Positions 35,437 through 45,874 are shown, counted from the first letter of the stretch. The stretch: DNA of 64,000 bases from an uncultured Spirochaetota bacterium (GCA_963734495.1 CAVTHK010000009.1:288001-352000), one strand, 5' to 3'. The notes: generated by a model from the letters alone, not told the origin. Numbers and translations are program-made.

Positions 35437-35868
35437 TTACACGTCCAGGACCACGACCGCGCGCCACCCCGAGGCGGTCTGCGCCGCCGAGAGCCTGTGC
35501 AGCGTGATCGCCTTGACGTCCACGCCGAGCGCGCGCCGGCCGGGCTCGATCCGCTCGCCCGCGACCAGCGCCTCCACGGACCAGCCCGCGCCGCCGCGCG
35601 CGACCTCGACGCGCTCGGCGCGCAGCAGCAGGCGCTCCGCGTCCTTGTAGTACACGAGGCGGCCGAGAAAGTCGAACAGCAGGAGGTCGAGCGCGCTCTC
35701 CGAGAGCGAGACCCGGCGCTCGACCTCGCGGTCGAGCGACGCCGGCTCGTCGACCATGACGGCGAGCGTCGCGGCCCACGCCTCGGCGAGCAGCTCGCCG
35801 GGCGAGGCCGCCTCCGCTTCGAACGCCACGTCCGCGAGGGCGATGTCGTCGAGATAGCGGAACGGCAC
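35437..35868 (-). CDS. Archease
   Basis: FRYLDDIALADVAFEA...DVKAITLH...VVLDV archease motifs; directly downstream of rtcB. Confidence 0.9.
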   Translation of the reverse strand: MPFRYLDDIALADVAFEAEAASPGELLAEAWAATLAVMVDEPASLDREVERRVSLSESALDLLLFDFLGRLVYYKDAERLLLRAERVEVARGGAGWSVEALVAGERIEPGRRALGVDVKAITLHRLSAAQTASGWRAVVVLDV

Positions 35869-35873
35869 TGACC

Positions 35874-37329
35874 CTATCCCTTGATGTTGCCCACGGGCTC
35901 GAGCCGGGCGACGCGCCGGCTGAGGCCTGCGAGCTCCGTGGCGAGGGCGACCTCGTCGATGCTCTTGTAGGCGGCGCCTGCTTCCTCCGCCAGCCCCGAG
36001 TCGGAGGCGCAGCGCACGTAGATCCCGCGCGCCTCCATGGCGGCCCGCAGCTCCCTTCCTTTGAACTGTTTCTTCGCCTGTCGTCGCCCCATCGTGCGGC
36101 CGCTGCCGTGCGCCGTCGTGAAGAACGTCGCCGCGGCGCTCGCGAGTCCCGCGAGCAGGTAGGAGCCCGTCTCCATGCTGCCGCCGATGATCACGGGCTG
36201 CCCCGTCTCGCGGTAAGCGGCGGGAAGGCCGGCCATGCCGGGGCCGAAGGCGCGCGTGGCGCCCTTGCGGTGCACGAGGAGCTCGCGCTCGCGGCCGCGC
36301 GGGCCGTGGCGCTCGAGCTTGGCCGTGTTGTGCGTCACGTCGTAGACCTGGCTGAGCCCCAGGTCGTCCGGGCTCCGGTGGAAGAGCTCGGAGAAGACCT
36401 CGCGGATCCTGTGCAGGATGACCTGGCGGTTGGCAAAGGCGAGGTTCACGGCGCACTTCATCGCGGCAAAGTAGTCCTGGCCCTCCTCGCGAGCGGAAGG
36501 GAGCGCAGGCGAGGTCGCGGTCGGGCGCGTCGATGCCGTACTTCGGCCCCATCACCTTGAGGAACCTCTTGAGGTAGTCGGTGGCGACCTGGTGGCCGAA
36601 GCCGCGGCTTCCGCAGTGCAGCATCAGCACCACCTGGTCCGGGAGGTCGATGCCCATGGCCGCGGCGAGCTCGGGGTCCATCACGTTCCCGCGGCGGGCC
36701 ACCTGGATCTCGAGGTAGTGGTTGCCGCTTCCGAGCGTGCCCACCTGGTCGTGGCCCCGCTCGATGGCGTCGGCGCTGACGGTGGAGGCGTCGGCCCCTT
36801 CCATGCAGCCGCCTTCCTCGGTGTGCTCCAGGTCTTCGGGGACTGCGTAGCCGCGCTTGAGGCACCAGCGCGCGCCCTGCTCCACGAGCTCGGCGAACTC
36901 GCTCGCCGAAGGCCGGATCAGCCCCGCCCGGCCCACGCCCGCGGGGATGCGCTCGAAGAGCCGGTCGACCAGATCCCTGAGCTTCTCTCTGACCTCCGGC
37001 CACGTGAGCGAAGTGCGGACCAGGCGCATGCCGCAGTTGATGTCGAAGCCGATGCCGCCGGGCGAGATCACGCCCGAGCGCGGGTCGAAGGCCGCGGCGC
37101 CCCCGATCGGGAAGCCGTAGCCCCAGTGGCCGTCGGGCATGCAGAAGGCGTAGTCGACGATGCCCGGGAGCGTGGCCACGTTGGTGACCTGCTCGAGGAC
37201 GCCCTCGTCCATCGAAGCCATGAGCGCTTCGGTGGCGTAGATGCGGGCGGGGACCTTCATCCCCGGCTTGTACGAAGGCGCGATCTCCCAGATTGTGTCC
37301 GACACGCGCGTGACGTGCTTCGGGATCAT
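35874..37329 (-). CDS. rtcB: RNA-splicing ligase RtcB (frameshift near 36485)
   Basis: MPDGHWGYGFPIG, GFDINCG, GTLGSGNHYLE, HCGSRG, HN, HRKGATRA, GGSM, HGSGR, EEAGAAYK. Confidence 0.95.
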
Positions 37330-37410
37330 CGCTTGCGCCTCTGCTTCCAACTTAGCCCCGGACGCCGGCGCCGGCAAGGCGTTCGCGCCGGGCGCTGCTG
37401 CACGCCGCAG

Positions 37411-37831
37411 TCAGAGTACCGGCGTCCAAGCCGCCGGCCCTACGAAATCCATGTTGTCGGGCGGGAAAGGTGAAGGAGTCGGGACCCCTGCCGTCGTCGC
37501 CGCTGTCCGGCATGGCGGCCGCGCCGCCTCCGCTGTTGCCGTCCAGGTCGACAAAGATGTATCCGTCGTAGGTGCCCTCCGCGATGCCGGTGATTGCGTA
37601 CGTTGCGGTGTGGGTCGTGGCGTCGAATGCCGTGGACTTGGCCCAATAGATCGCGGGCGCAGCGTCGCCCCCTCCCGGCGTCACCAGCTTGATGTAGGCG
37701 TAGATGCCGGCGACCGTGATGTTGTTGTCGGTGAGCGACCCGTCCATTCTGTAGCTCCCGTCTCCGCCCGAAGAGCAGCCGCCCAGCGCAAGAGCCGCGG
37801 CGAGACAAACCGCGGACAGCACCTTTTTCAT
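37411..37831 (-). CDS. Hypothetical lipoprotein (probable frameshift near 37460)
   Basis: MKKVLSAVCLAAALALGGC lipobox; beta-rich body with YIFVDLDGN; RBS GGAGG. Confidence 0.65.
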
Positions 37832-37932
37832 CGATCGACCTCCAGCGCGGATCGCACCGCAGCCGGGCGTTGCCGCCCACCATAGAGTGTAGCGCGTTTC
37901 GAGCGCCGCTGCGCCGCCCGCCGGGGGCGCGC

Positions 37933-38892
37933 CTACTTCCCGCGCCGCCAGTCCTCCACGATCGCGGTCAGGCGCCTGGTGAGATTGTTGGAGAGCTTCG
38001 GCAGCGGACAGACCCTGACGCAGTCGCCGCGGATCGGGGGATTCTGGATCCTGTCCTGTCGCTGGGAGCACACCACGGGGTCTGTCTTTACGGGCGTGTC
38101 GATGAAGATCACGTTCCTGTCGATCTTGTCCACGGTCCGGTAATCCTTCTTTTCCCGGTTGTCCCTGAATGAGATCGCGTCCATGTGGCAGGCCCTCATG
38201 CAGAGCATGCACTTGTCCCGCAGGCATATCGGCTCGGTGATGAGCGGGTCGGGGACCAGCTCGGCGTCGGTGACCACCGTGTTCAAGCGCTGCCTGGCAC
38301 CGAACTGGCGCGTGAGCACGAGGTTGTTGTAGCCGAACTCGCCGAGCCCCGCCCTGGTGGCCGCGTGTCGGTGGGACAGGGGACCGGAATGGTACCGGAA
38401 GGGCGAGTACTTCTCGGCCCATTCCTTGCTCGGGCCCGCCATCATCTGCCGCTCGGTCAAGCCGTTGTCGGGCTTTGCATGCACTCCCTCGGTCGGGAAG
38501 ATCATGGCGTCGTACCCGTTCGCCATGAGGAACTGTCCCAGATACTGCCCGATGAGCAGCAGGGAAACGTCGAGATTGAAGTGCGCCACCTTGCCATAGA
38601 AGGCTTCGAGGTACCCGGTACGCGCATCGGGCGGGATCATCTCGAGGTCCATCTCCGCCAGGTTCGCCGGCGCATCCACCGTCGGATTCAGAAGCGGCTG
38701 CGCAATCGAGATGACGGACTTCGCGGTCGGCAGGAAATCCCTCGGGTGCTGACCGCGCGGGACCTTGTCCTGGTAGGGCGGCATCGGCTCGTATCTGTCG
38801 ATGGAGGCGACTCCCACGAGCACCGCTCCCCAGCGAACCGCTGTCTCTTTGACCTCGCGGGTCAATTTCTCCATGTCCTGCCGACTGCTCAT
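37933..38892 (-). CDS. QueG/reductive-dehalogenase-like Fe-S protein
   Basis: GAVLVGVASIDR, HPRDFLPTAKSVISIA, LSHRHAATRAGLGEFGYNNLVLTRQFGARQRLNTVVTDAEL, CLRDKCMLCMRAC, CVRVCP. Confidence 0.8.
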   Translation of the reverse strand: MSSRQDMEKLTREVKETAVRWGAVLVGVASIDRYEPMPPYQDKVPRGQHPRDFLPTAKSVISIAQPLLNPTVDAPANLAEMDLEMIPPDARTGYLEAFYGKVAHFNLDVSLLLIGQYLGQFLMANGYDAMIFPTEGVHAKPDNGLTERQMMAGPSKEWAEKYSPFRYHSGPLSHRHAATRAGLGEFGYNNLVLTRQFGARQRLNTVVTDAELVPDPLITEPICLRDKCMLCMRACHMDAISFRDNREKKDYRTVDKIDRNVIFIDTPVKTDPVVCSQRQDRIQNPPIRGDCVRVCPLPKLSNNLTRRLTAIVEDWRRGK

Positions 38893-39017
38893 TGTCCGTG
38901 CCTCTTCAATGCTCCGGGCGCTCTCGGGGAGCCCGATCGCGCCCGGCGGTTCATCACCGCAGACAGCGGTGCCGTGATGGTGCCGGCTCTCGCGAGCCGG
39001 CGCCTCGATTCGCCTGC

Positions 39018-40599
39018 CTATCGCTTCTTGTAGTTGTCGACGACTTTCTGCCAGATCGCCTCGCTCTCGCCGATGCCCATCTTCCTGAGCTGGGCAACGT
39101 AGTTGTCGAACTCGGTGAGCGGCGTTGTGCCCATGATGAACTTGTTGAACATCTCGTCGGTGTAGGTCCAGATGTCCGCCATCCTGGCTCCGAGCGCCTC
39201 GGCGTCCTTGGGACTCGGCTGCGCCGGGGGCATGTCGAGCGACGGGTCGGAGGACGCTATGAAGGTCTCGGTCGTCTTCTGCTGGATCGCGTTGTGGCCC
39301 GCGCGGAACGACCCCTCGAGCTGGATCAGAACGCCGTTGGAGGAAACCGTCAGGTACTTGCTGAGGGCGTTGATGACCGGCAGCCCATCGGGGTTCTTCA
39401 TGATCTCGTCGGTGTACTGCGGAACGCCGTTGACCATCTTGTACGTGACGCCTTCGACGCCGTAGTTGGCCAGGATGGTGCCGGCCTCGGTGTACAGGTA
39501 GTCGCCCCACTTCATCGCCGCTTCCTTGTTGCTGGCCTTGGAGGCCACGGCGATTCCCTGTCCGGTGGCGTTCGGATTCTTCGGGCCGTAGGACTTGCCC
39601 GCGGGACCGACCGGCAGCGGGAAGCCCGATCAGCTTGAAGGTCGGATCGTCCTTCTTCAGGCCGTAGAACTTGCCCATGTGCCCGCTCACCAGGCCGCAA
39701 TAGGCCGCGACGCGGTCGCCCATGAACTTGGCCTCGAAGGCCTTCTGGTCGTTGGACACGAAGTCGGGATCCAGCAGCCCCTCGGCATACCACCGGTTCA
39801 TCTCCGTGAGGTAGTCCTTGAAAGCCGGCTGGGCGGGACCGAACTTGACCTTGCCCCCGTCCAGGTAGAAGTCCACCGGCGTCGCCCAGGCGTAGGCGAA
39901 CTTGCGGATGTTGGCGTAGCTGATCTTGAGGCTCGTCCCGTAGCCGCTGAAGGGGATGACGTTCTTCGCGATCCCGTTGGTGCCGGCAGCCTTCTTGACC
40001 GCGGTGAGCACCGAGTACCACTCCTTCATGGTCGTGGGCGGCTTTACGCCGATGCGCTCCAGCCAGTCCGCGCGGATCTGGGGCCCGTTGCTGATCAGCG
40101 TATAGTCGTCCTTCTTGATCTTGGGGAACATGTAGTAGGAGCCGTCGTCGAGCACGATCTGCTTGCGCCAGTCGGGGCGCTCGGCAAAGGTCTTCTTGAA
40201 GTTCGGGGCGTACTTGTCGACGAGGTCGTTGAGCCTGAGGATCTGTCCTTCGGCCACCGCGCGGCCCGGGCCGCCCGGCACGCTGTTCCACTCCCAGTAG
40301 ACCATGTCGGGAAGCGTGTTGGATGCCATCATGAGGTTGAACTGCTCGTTCTCCTGGCCGGCAGGCGGATGCTTGAAGTCGAGCTTGATGCCGGTGCGCT
40401 TCTCCATCTCCTTGAAGTACAGCAGCTCGTTGTAGCTCTTCACGGTCGATGCCGTCTTCGGGTCGATCGGATAGAACATGGTGAGCGTGACCGGACCCGA
40501 AGGCTTTGCAGCCGCCGTATCGCCCTGCCCGGCGGCAAAGGCGAGCGCCGGTGCGACGATCAGCATCACCACCGGCCAGAACCAGCGTTTCGTCTTCAT
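39018..40599 (-). CDS. Family 1 carbohydrate-binding protein of ABC transporter (frameshift near 39560-39620)
   Basis: Signal peptide, EKRTGIKL, FNLMMAS..LPD, IRADWLERIG, WYAEGLLDPDF, NYGVEGVTY, FIMG...FDNYVAQL. Confidence 0.9.
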
Positions 40600-40681
40600 A
40601 CGAACCTCCTGTTCGACGATTGTTTGCTCTCTTCTCGATGGAAGAGTGACAACCCCCTTGACGCGCGGCGCCGCCGGCTCG

Positions 40682-41566
40682 CTACCCCTTGATCGCGCCG
40701 ATCATGACGCCCTTTACGAAATACTTCTGCAGCAGCGGGTAGATGAGGAGGATCGGCAGCGTTGCCACGATGATCGTCGCGTACTTGATCGTCTCGCCGA
40801 TCTGCGCCGCGTCCTCCGAGTCGTTGATCCCCCCCGTCATGGAATTGGTGGAGTTCGCGATGAGGATCTCCCTGAGGATGATCTGCAGGGGATAGAGATT
40901 GCGCTCGCGAAGGAATATCATGGCGTGAAACCACGCGTTCCAGCGCTGCACTCCATAGAACAGCACCATGACCGCCACGACCGGCGTCGCGAGCGGCAGG
41001 ATGATCCGCAGGAGCACCACCCAGTCGTTCGCCCCGTCGACGTAGGCAGATTCCTCCATGCTGTCGGGGATCCCGAGAAAGTAGGTCCTCATGATGATCA
41101 GGTTCCACGCGCTGATCGCAGAGGGAAGGATCATGGACCACACCGTGTCCAGCAGTCCCAGGTCGCGAACCTGCAGGTAGAAGGGTATCAATCCTCCCTT
41201 GAACATCATCGTGAACACGATCCCGAACATGACGACATGGCGCAGCTTGAACTTCGTCCGCGACAGCACATAGGCCCCGAGGGTGGTGAGCGCCAGGTTG
41301 ATGCTCGTTCCGACCACCAGGAGGAACAGCGTGTTGAGATATCCGACGGAGATCATCGGGTTCTCGAACACGCGCTTGTATGACTCGAGCTTGAACCCCA
41401 GCGGATGCAGCAGGAGTCCCCGGTGCGCGACAATCCGCGCGGGCTCGCTCACCGACGCAAAGGCCACGTAGAGCAGGGGGTAGGTGCACAGGAACATCGA
41501 CAGGAGCATCAAAGCCGTGTTGACGGCGTCGAAGACCCGCTCGCCCAGGCTGCGACCGATCGCCAT
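40682..41566 (-). CDS. Carbohydrate ABC transporter permease
   Basis: GGLIPFY, IPDSMEESAYVDGAN (EAA motif), WNAWF, YPLLQKYFVKGVMIGAIKG. Confidence 0.95.
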   Translation of the reverse strand: MAIGRSLGERVFDAVNTALMLLSMFLCTYPLLYVAFASVSEPARIVAHRGLLLHPLGFKLESYKRVFENPMISVGYLNTLFLLVVGTSINLALTTLGAYVLSRTKFKLRHVVMFGIVFTMMFKGGLIPFYLQVRDLGLLDTVWSMILPSAISAWNLIIMRTYFLGIPDSMEESAYVDGANDWVVLLRIILPLATPVVAVMVLFYGVQRWNAWFHAMIFLRERNLYPLQIILREILIANSTNSMTGGINDSEDAAQIGETIKYATIIVATLPILLIYPLLQKYFVKGVMIGAIKG

Positions 41567-41578
41567 GGCCTGCAAGCC

Positions 41579-42512
41579 CTACCACAGCGCCATGTCGGAG
41601 ACCTTCCGACTGATGCGGTTGACGGTGACCAGCATGGCGAAGTTGATGACAGAGTTGAACAGCTCCACCGCCGTGCTGTAGCTGTAGCTCATCTCGAGGA
41701 GACCCTTTCGGAAGACGAACGTGGAGATGACGTCGGCCGTGTCGTAGATGCTCGGATTGTACAGCAGCAGCACCTTTTCGACGCCGACGTCCATCATCCG
41801 GCCGAGCCGCAGGATGAGCATGATGATGATGGTCGGCGCGATCCCGGGCAGCGTGACGCTCAGCATCTGGCGCCACCTGCCGGCTCCGTCGACCTTTGCC
41901 GCCTCGTACAGCTCGAGGTTGATGGCGGAGAGCGCGGCAAGGTACACGATGGAGGCCCAGCCCGCGGTCTGCCATATGCCCGAGGCGATGAACACCGTCC
42001 GGAACCATCCGGGGATGATCATGAACGGGATCGCCCCGACCCCGAGAAAGCCGAGCACCTGGTTGATCACTCCGTCGCGGTCGAGGAAGTCCAGGATGAT
42101 CCCGCAGACGACGACCATGGAGATGAAGTGCGGAAGGTAGGTCGTCGTCTGGACCGATCTCTTGAAGAGCGAATTGCGGACCTCGTTCAGCAGCAGTGCC
42201 AGTATGATCGGCGCGGGGAAACCGAACAGGACGTCCAGAACGTTCAGCGCGATCGTGTTCCAGATGACCCGGGCCGCATAGTAGCTGTTGAAAAAGGCGA
42301 CGTAATGCTTGAGCCCGACCCACCGGCTGCCGAGTATCCCTCTCGCCGGGCTGAAGTCCTTGAAAGCGATCTGGGCGCCGTACATCGGCTGGTAGTGGAA
42401 CAGGACATAGAACAGAACGACGGGCAGAAGCATCACGTACAGATGCTTGTTCCTGGCGTACTCGTTGCGAAGGACGACAGCGAGGCTTCGTCCGGGCGTC
42501 CTGCGGGAGCAT
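41579..42512 (-). CDS. Carbohydrate ABC transporter permease (probable frameshift near the 5' end)
   Basis: FHYQPMYGAQIAFKD, YLPHFIS, LYEAAKVDGAGRW; likely start ATG 42512, 5 nt after a TACAAT -10 box and out of frame with the body. Confidence 0.92.
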
Positions 42513-42635
42513 GGGCGATTGTAGCGCTCGACACCCGCTCGTCGCAATACGTCAAACCTCACCGGAAGGGTCGGAGCCCGTCGCCCACCGTTGCCGTTCG
42601 GCCCGCGCGCGGCTATCCTTGGCGCGGAGGCTCAC

Positions 42636-43688
42636 CTGGCTCACCTGGCGCGAACAGGCGTCGTCCGCGACCCCCTGTACCTCGAGCACAGGAACGCCGG
42701 GGCGCATCCGGAGAGCCCGCGGCGCCTCGAGGCGATCCACGCGCTCCTCGACTCGCCCGCCATGGCGGGGCGTTTCGCGCCGATCGCGGCGCGCGACGCA
42801 ACCGACGAGGAGATCCTCCGCGTGCACACCCGCGCGCACCTCGCCGCGATCGCCGACACGGCGAGCCGCGACATCACCTTTCTCGATACGGACACGCAGG
42901 CTTCCCGCCGTTCGTACGCGGCCGCGCGCCGGGCCGCGGGCGGCGCCTGCGCGGCCGTGGAGGCGGTGGTCCGGCGCGAGGTGGAGAACGCGTTCGCGCT
43001 GGTGCGGCCGCCGGGACATCACGCCGAGCCGGGCGCCGCCATGGGCTTCTGCCTCTTGAACAATGCGGCGATCGCGGCGCGCTTCGCCCGGGCCTCGCTC
43101 GGCATCGAGCGGGTGCTCATCGCGGACTGGGACGTGCATCACGGCAACGGCACTCAGGCCGCGTTCGAGGAGGACCCGTCGGTCCTGTACTTCAGCACGC
43201 ACCAGTGGCCCCTCTACCCCGGAAGCGGGGCGCTCGAGGAGGCCGGCACGGGAGAGGGCGAGGGAGCGACGATCAACGTCCCGCTTCCGGCGGGCACGGG
43301 CGACGCCGATCTGCTCGCCGTCTACCGCGAGGTCCTTGCGCCCGTTGCTCTCGAGCTCCGGCCGGGCCTGCTGATCGTCTCCGCGGGGTTCGACATCCTC
43401 GCCGCGGACCCGCTGGCGGGGATGCGGGCGACGGAAGCCGGGGCTGCCGCGCTCGCCCGCGTCGTGCTGGACATCGCCGCGACGGCGTGCGAGGGCCGGC
43501 TCGTGCTCGTGCTCGAAGGCGGCTACGACCTCGCGGCCCTCGCGGCCGGCGTCGGCGCCGTCCTCGACGAGATGGACGGCAGGACGCTCACGCGGCCGTC
43601 GGCCGGCGGCGAGAGCGCGGCGGTGCGCCGGCTCATCGAGCGCGCCCGCGGCCTCCACGGCCGCACGTGGAAGAGCCTGGCGACCTGA
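42636..43688 (+). CDS. Histone deacetylase family (class II-like) amidohydrolase
   Basis: HPESPRRL, RPPGHHA, GFCLLNN, DWDVHHGNGTQ, SAGFD..DPL, LEGGY. Confidence 0.93.
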   Translation: MAHLARTGVVRDPLYLEHRNAGAHPESPRRLEAIHALLDSPAMAGRFAPIAARDATDEEILRVHTRAHLAAIADTASRDITFLDTDTQASRRSYAAARRAAGGACAAVEAVVRREVENAFALVRPPGHHAEPGAAMGFCLLNNAAIAARFARASLGIERVLIADWDVHHGNGTQAAFEEDPSVLYFSTHQWPLYPGSGALEEAGTGEGEGATINVPLPAGTGDADLLAVYREVLAPVALELRPGLLIVSAGFDILAADPLAGMRATEAGAAALARVVLDIAATACEGRLVLVLEGGYDLAALAAGVGAVLDEMDGRTLTRPSAGGESAAVRRLIERARGLHGRTWKSLAT

Positions 43689-43725
43689 GCCGACGGCCGG
43701 CGCCGCCACGCTCGCGGCTCAGCGC

Positions 43726-44154
43726 TCAGCGCGCGATCAGCTCGACGTCGACGCCGGGATAGGCGTGAAAGGCCTTGTCGGCCGTGAAGAGTCGCGCGTC
43801 GTGGCGCAGGGCTGTGGCGGCGATCAGGGCATCGGGTACGCTGTTGCCGGCCGCCAGCGTTACCAGGCCCAGGTGCTTGAAGATCGCGTAAGTCTGCCGG
43901 TCCATCTCCGTGTATTGGGCTGCCGGATCGGTCTCGAGCGAATCGAGAAAGCGCCACGATTCGTGGATGTCCGACGGCTGGACGAACACGCGCGGATTCG
44001 TGACCAGCCTCAGGAACGAGGCGGCCAGGAACGGGCAAAACAGGAAGGGCTCGCGTCGCGCGAGCGAGTCCTCGAGCATCACGCGCGCCCTGGCATGCAG
44101 CGGGCTGTCGGGCCGGAACGCGTACACCCAGACGTTCACGTCCCAGAGGTTCAT
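43726..44154 (-). CDS. vapC: PIN-domain toxin
   Basis: DVNVWVYA, FLRLVTNPRVF, VPDALIAATAL, TADKAF. Confidence 0.9.
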   Translation of the reverse strand: MNLWDVNVWVYAFRPDSPLHARARVMLEDSLARREPFLFCPFLAASFLRLVTNPRVFVQPSDIHESWRFLDSLETDPAAQYTEMDRQTYAIFKHLGLVTLAAGNSVPDALIAATALRHDARLFTADKAFHAYPGVDVELIAR

Positions 44155-44381
44155 CGGTGAGACTGCTCGCCGCGCTCGGTCGAGGCGAGCCTCTCCCACG
44201 TGACGCCGGGTCTCAGACCTCCGGCTGCCGTCGAAACGGGAAGAGCTCGCCGCGATCGGGTCCGCTCGAGGCGGCAGCTCAGGCCCTCGACGATCAGCTT
44301 CGTGAGCGTGGTCCCTTCTTCGACCGCGCGCCGCTTGGCTGCGCGGACAACGTCGTCCGGGAGATTGAGCGTCGTTCTCAT
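44151..44381 (-). CDS. vapB: VapB-type antitoxin (ribbon-helix-helix)
   Basis: MRTTLNLPDDVVRAAKRRA...TLTKLIVEGL; ATGA overlap with vapC. Confidence 0.88.
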   Translation of the reverse strand: MRTTLNLPDDVVRAAKRRAVEEGTTLTKLIVEGLSCRLERTRSRRALPVSTAAGGLRPGVTWERLASTERGEQSHR

Positions 44382-44416
44382 GCAGATAGCATATCGTCTA
44401 TGCAGATATCTGTCCA
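44380..44416 (-). promoter_or_regulatory. vapBC promoter with overlapping repeats (putative operator)
   Basis: TGGACA (44416-44411), 17 bp, TATGCT (44393-44388); ATGCAGATA repeated at 44380 and 44400. Confidence 0.6.
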
Positions 44417-44552
44417 AGTCCTCGTGGCCGACCGGGAGCGCTCTCGGCGACAACGACTCGGGCGGGAGCTCGCCGCCTGGCTCGTGCGGGCTCGCCGCAC
44501 CATGGCCGGGGAGGCTATAATGCCTGACGATACCGATTTGCGCGGAGGCACC

Positions 44553-45101
44553 ATGGAACGACCTGGGCCGGGGCAGGGGAGGGGGCAGGGCGGACGGCAG
44601 GAGATCGAGGGGTTCGAGCGCTTCTTCAACGTCTTCGGGTGGCTGGGCTTTCTGGCGATTCTGCCGGTCGCGCTGGGGGTGTTCGGCTATCCTCAGCTGC
44701 AGGACCTGCTCGCGAAGAGCCTCGGCAAGTACGGCACCAAGGGCTTCTTCCTGCTCGTCTTCTTCGTGCTCGTGTTCGTGCGCGTCGTCTTCGGCAGCGG
44801 GAGGATCATCGCCCCGCTTCTGATGGCGTCGGCCGTCGGCTTCCTCTTTATCTCCACCGCGGCGGGCGTGCCTTTCATGGCCTGGCTGCGAGAGCCCGCG
44901 GCCGCGTCGCCCTTCTTCTCCAACATGCCCCTGAACTTCCTGGTGGGGCTCGGCGTGGTCCTGCTCGGCATCCTCATGAGCTCCGCGCGCCGCATCCCGA
45001 TGGCGGTGCAGATCCTCGTGCTCGTGGTCCTGCCGATCGCGATCGTCATCGCGGCGGGCTCGACGGGCTTCGCCTCGGGCCTGCGGAAGATCGGCGGCTG
45101 A
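44553..45101 (+). CDS. Hypothetical integral membrane protein
   Basis: About five hydrophobic segments; TATAAT at 44516-44521 and RBS GGAGG before ATG 44553. Confidence 0.75.
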   Translation: MERPGPGQGRGQGGRQEIEGFERFFNVFGWLGFLAILPVALGVFGYPQLQDLLAKSLGKYGTKGFFLLVFFVLVFVRVVFGSGRIIAPLLMASAVGFLFISTAAGVPFMAWLREPAAASPFFSNMPLNFLVGLGVVLLGILMSSARRIPMAVQILVLVVLPIAIVIAAGSTGFASGLRKIGG

Positions 45102-45235
45102 AGCGGGCCCAGGCGGGCCGATGCGGGCGCGCTCCTGGCGAGGGAGGTGCGCACCGCAGTACCAGAACTGGACACAAACGTAACAGAAGTCGGCCGTCGG
45201 GATGCCTTAATCTACCGGCCATAACGGAGGGTGCG

Positions 45236-45874
45236 ATGGCGATACTCGAACAGATTGCGGAGCAGCTCATCAAGGGCAAGAGGGATGACGTCAAGACGCT
45301 GGTCAACCAGGCCCTGGCGCAGAAGATCAGCGCGGCGGACATCCTCAACAAGGGGCTGATCGCCGGGATGGGCGTCGTGGGCGAGCGCTTCAAGAACAAC
45401 GAGGTCTACGTGCCCGAGGTGCTCATCGCGGCCCGCGCGATGAAGGCCGGCAGCGAGATCCTCAAGCCGCTGCTCGCGGCGAGCGGCGTGCAGCCGCGCG
45501 GCAAGGTCGTGATCGGCACGGTCAAGGGCGACCTGCACGACATCGGCAAGAACCTCGTCGCGATGATGATGGAAGGCGCCGGCTTCCAGGTGATCGACCA
45601 GGGGGTCGACGTCAGCGTCGAGAAGTTCATCAACGCCGCGAGGGACAACAAGGCCGAGATCATCGCGGCGAGCGCCCTGCTCACCACGACGATGACCGGG
45701 ATGAAGGACCTCGTCGAGGCCGTGCGCGCCTCCGACATCGGCGACGCGGTCAAGGTGCTGGTCGGCGGCGCCCCGGTGACGCAGGCCTACTGCGACGAGA
45801 TCGGGGCCGACGGGTACGCGCCCGACGCGGCCTCGGCTGCGGACCTCGCCAAGAACTTCGTAGCGGCCCGGTAG
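45236..45874 (+). CDS. mtaC: Corrinoid (B12-binding) protein, MtaC-like
   Basis: Cap domain (GLIAGMGVVGERF...YVPEVLIAARAM) and GTVKGDLHDIGKNLV (DxHxxG), SALLTTTM, VGGAPVT. Confidence 0.92.
   Translation: MAILEQIAEQLIKGKRDDVKTLVNQALAQKISAADILNKGLIAGMGVVGERFKNNEVYVPEVLIAARAMKAGSEILKPLLAASGVQPRGKVVIGTVKGDLHDIGKNLVAMMMEGAGFQVIDQGVDVSVEKFINAARDNKAEIIAASALLTTTMTGMKDLVEAVRASDIGDAVKVLVGGAPVTQAYCDEIGADGYAPDAASAADLAKNFVAAR

Noticed and set aside
35437..37377. Apparent 646-aa RtcB-archease fusion in the ORF track
   Set aside because: A frameshift near 36485 moves the RtcB C-terminus to another frame (35874-36461), which has its own stop; the linker is out-of-frame sequence.
37933..40599. Apparent 888-aa SBP-QueG fusion
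   Set aside because: A frameshift near 39600 puts the SBP C-terminus in ORF 39018-39548; the QueG-like gene has its own start at 38892.
45135..45151. Possible sigma54 promoter (CTGGC...GG-N10-GC) upstream of mtaC
   Set aside because: Only the core dinucleotides match, which is frequent by chance in GC-rich DNA; no cobalamin riboswitch motif was recognisable here either.
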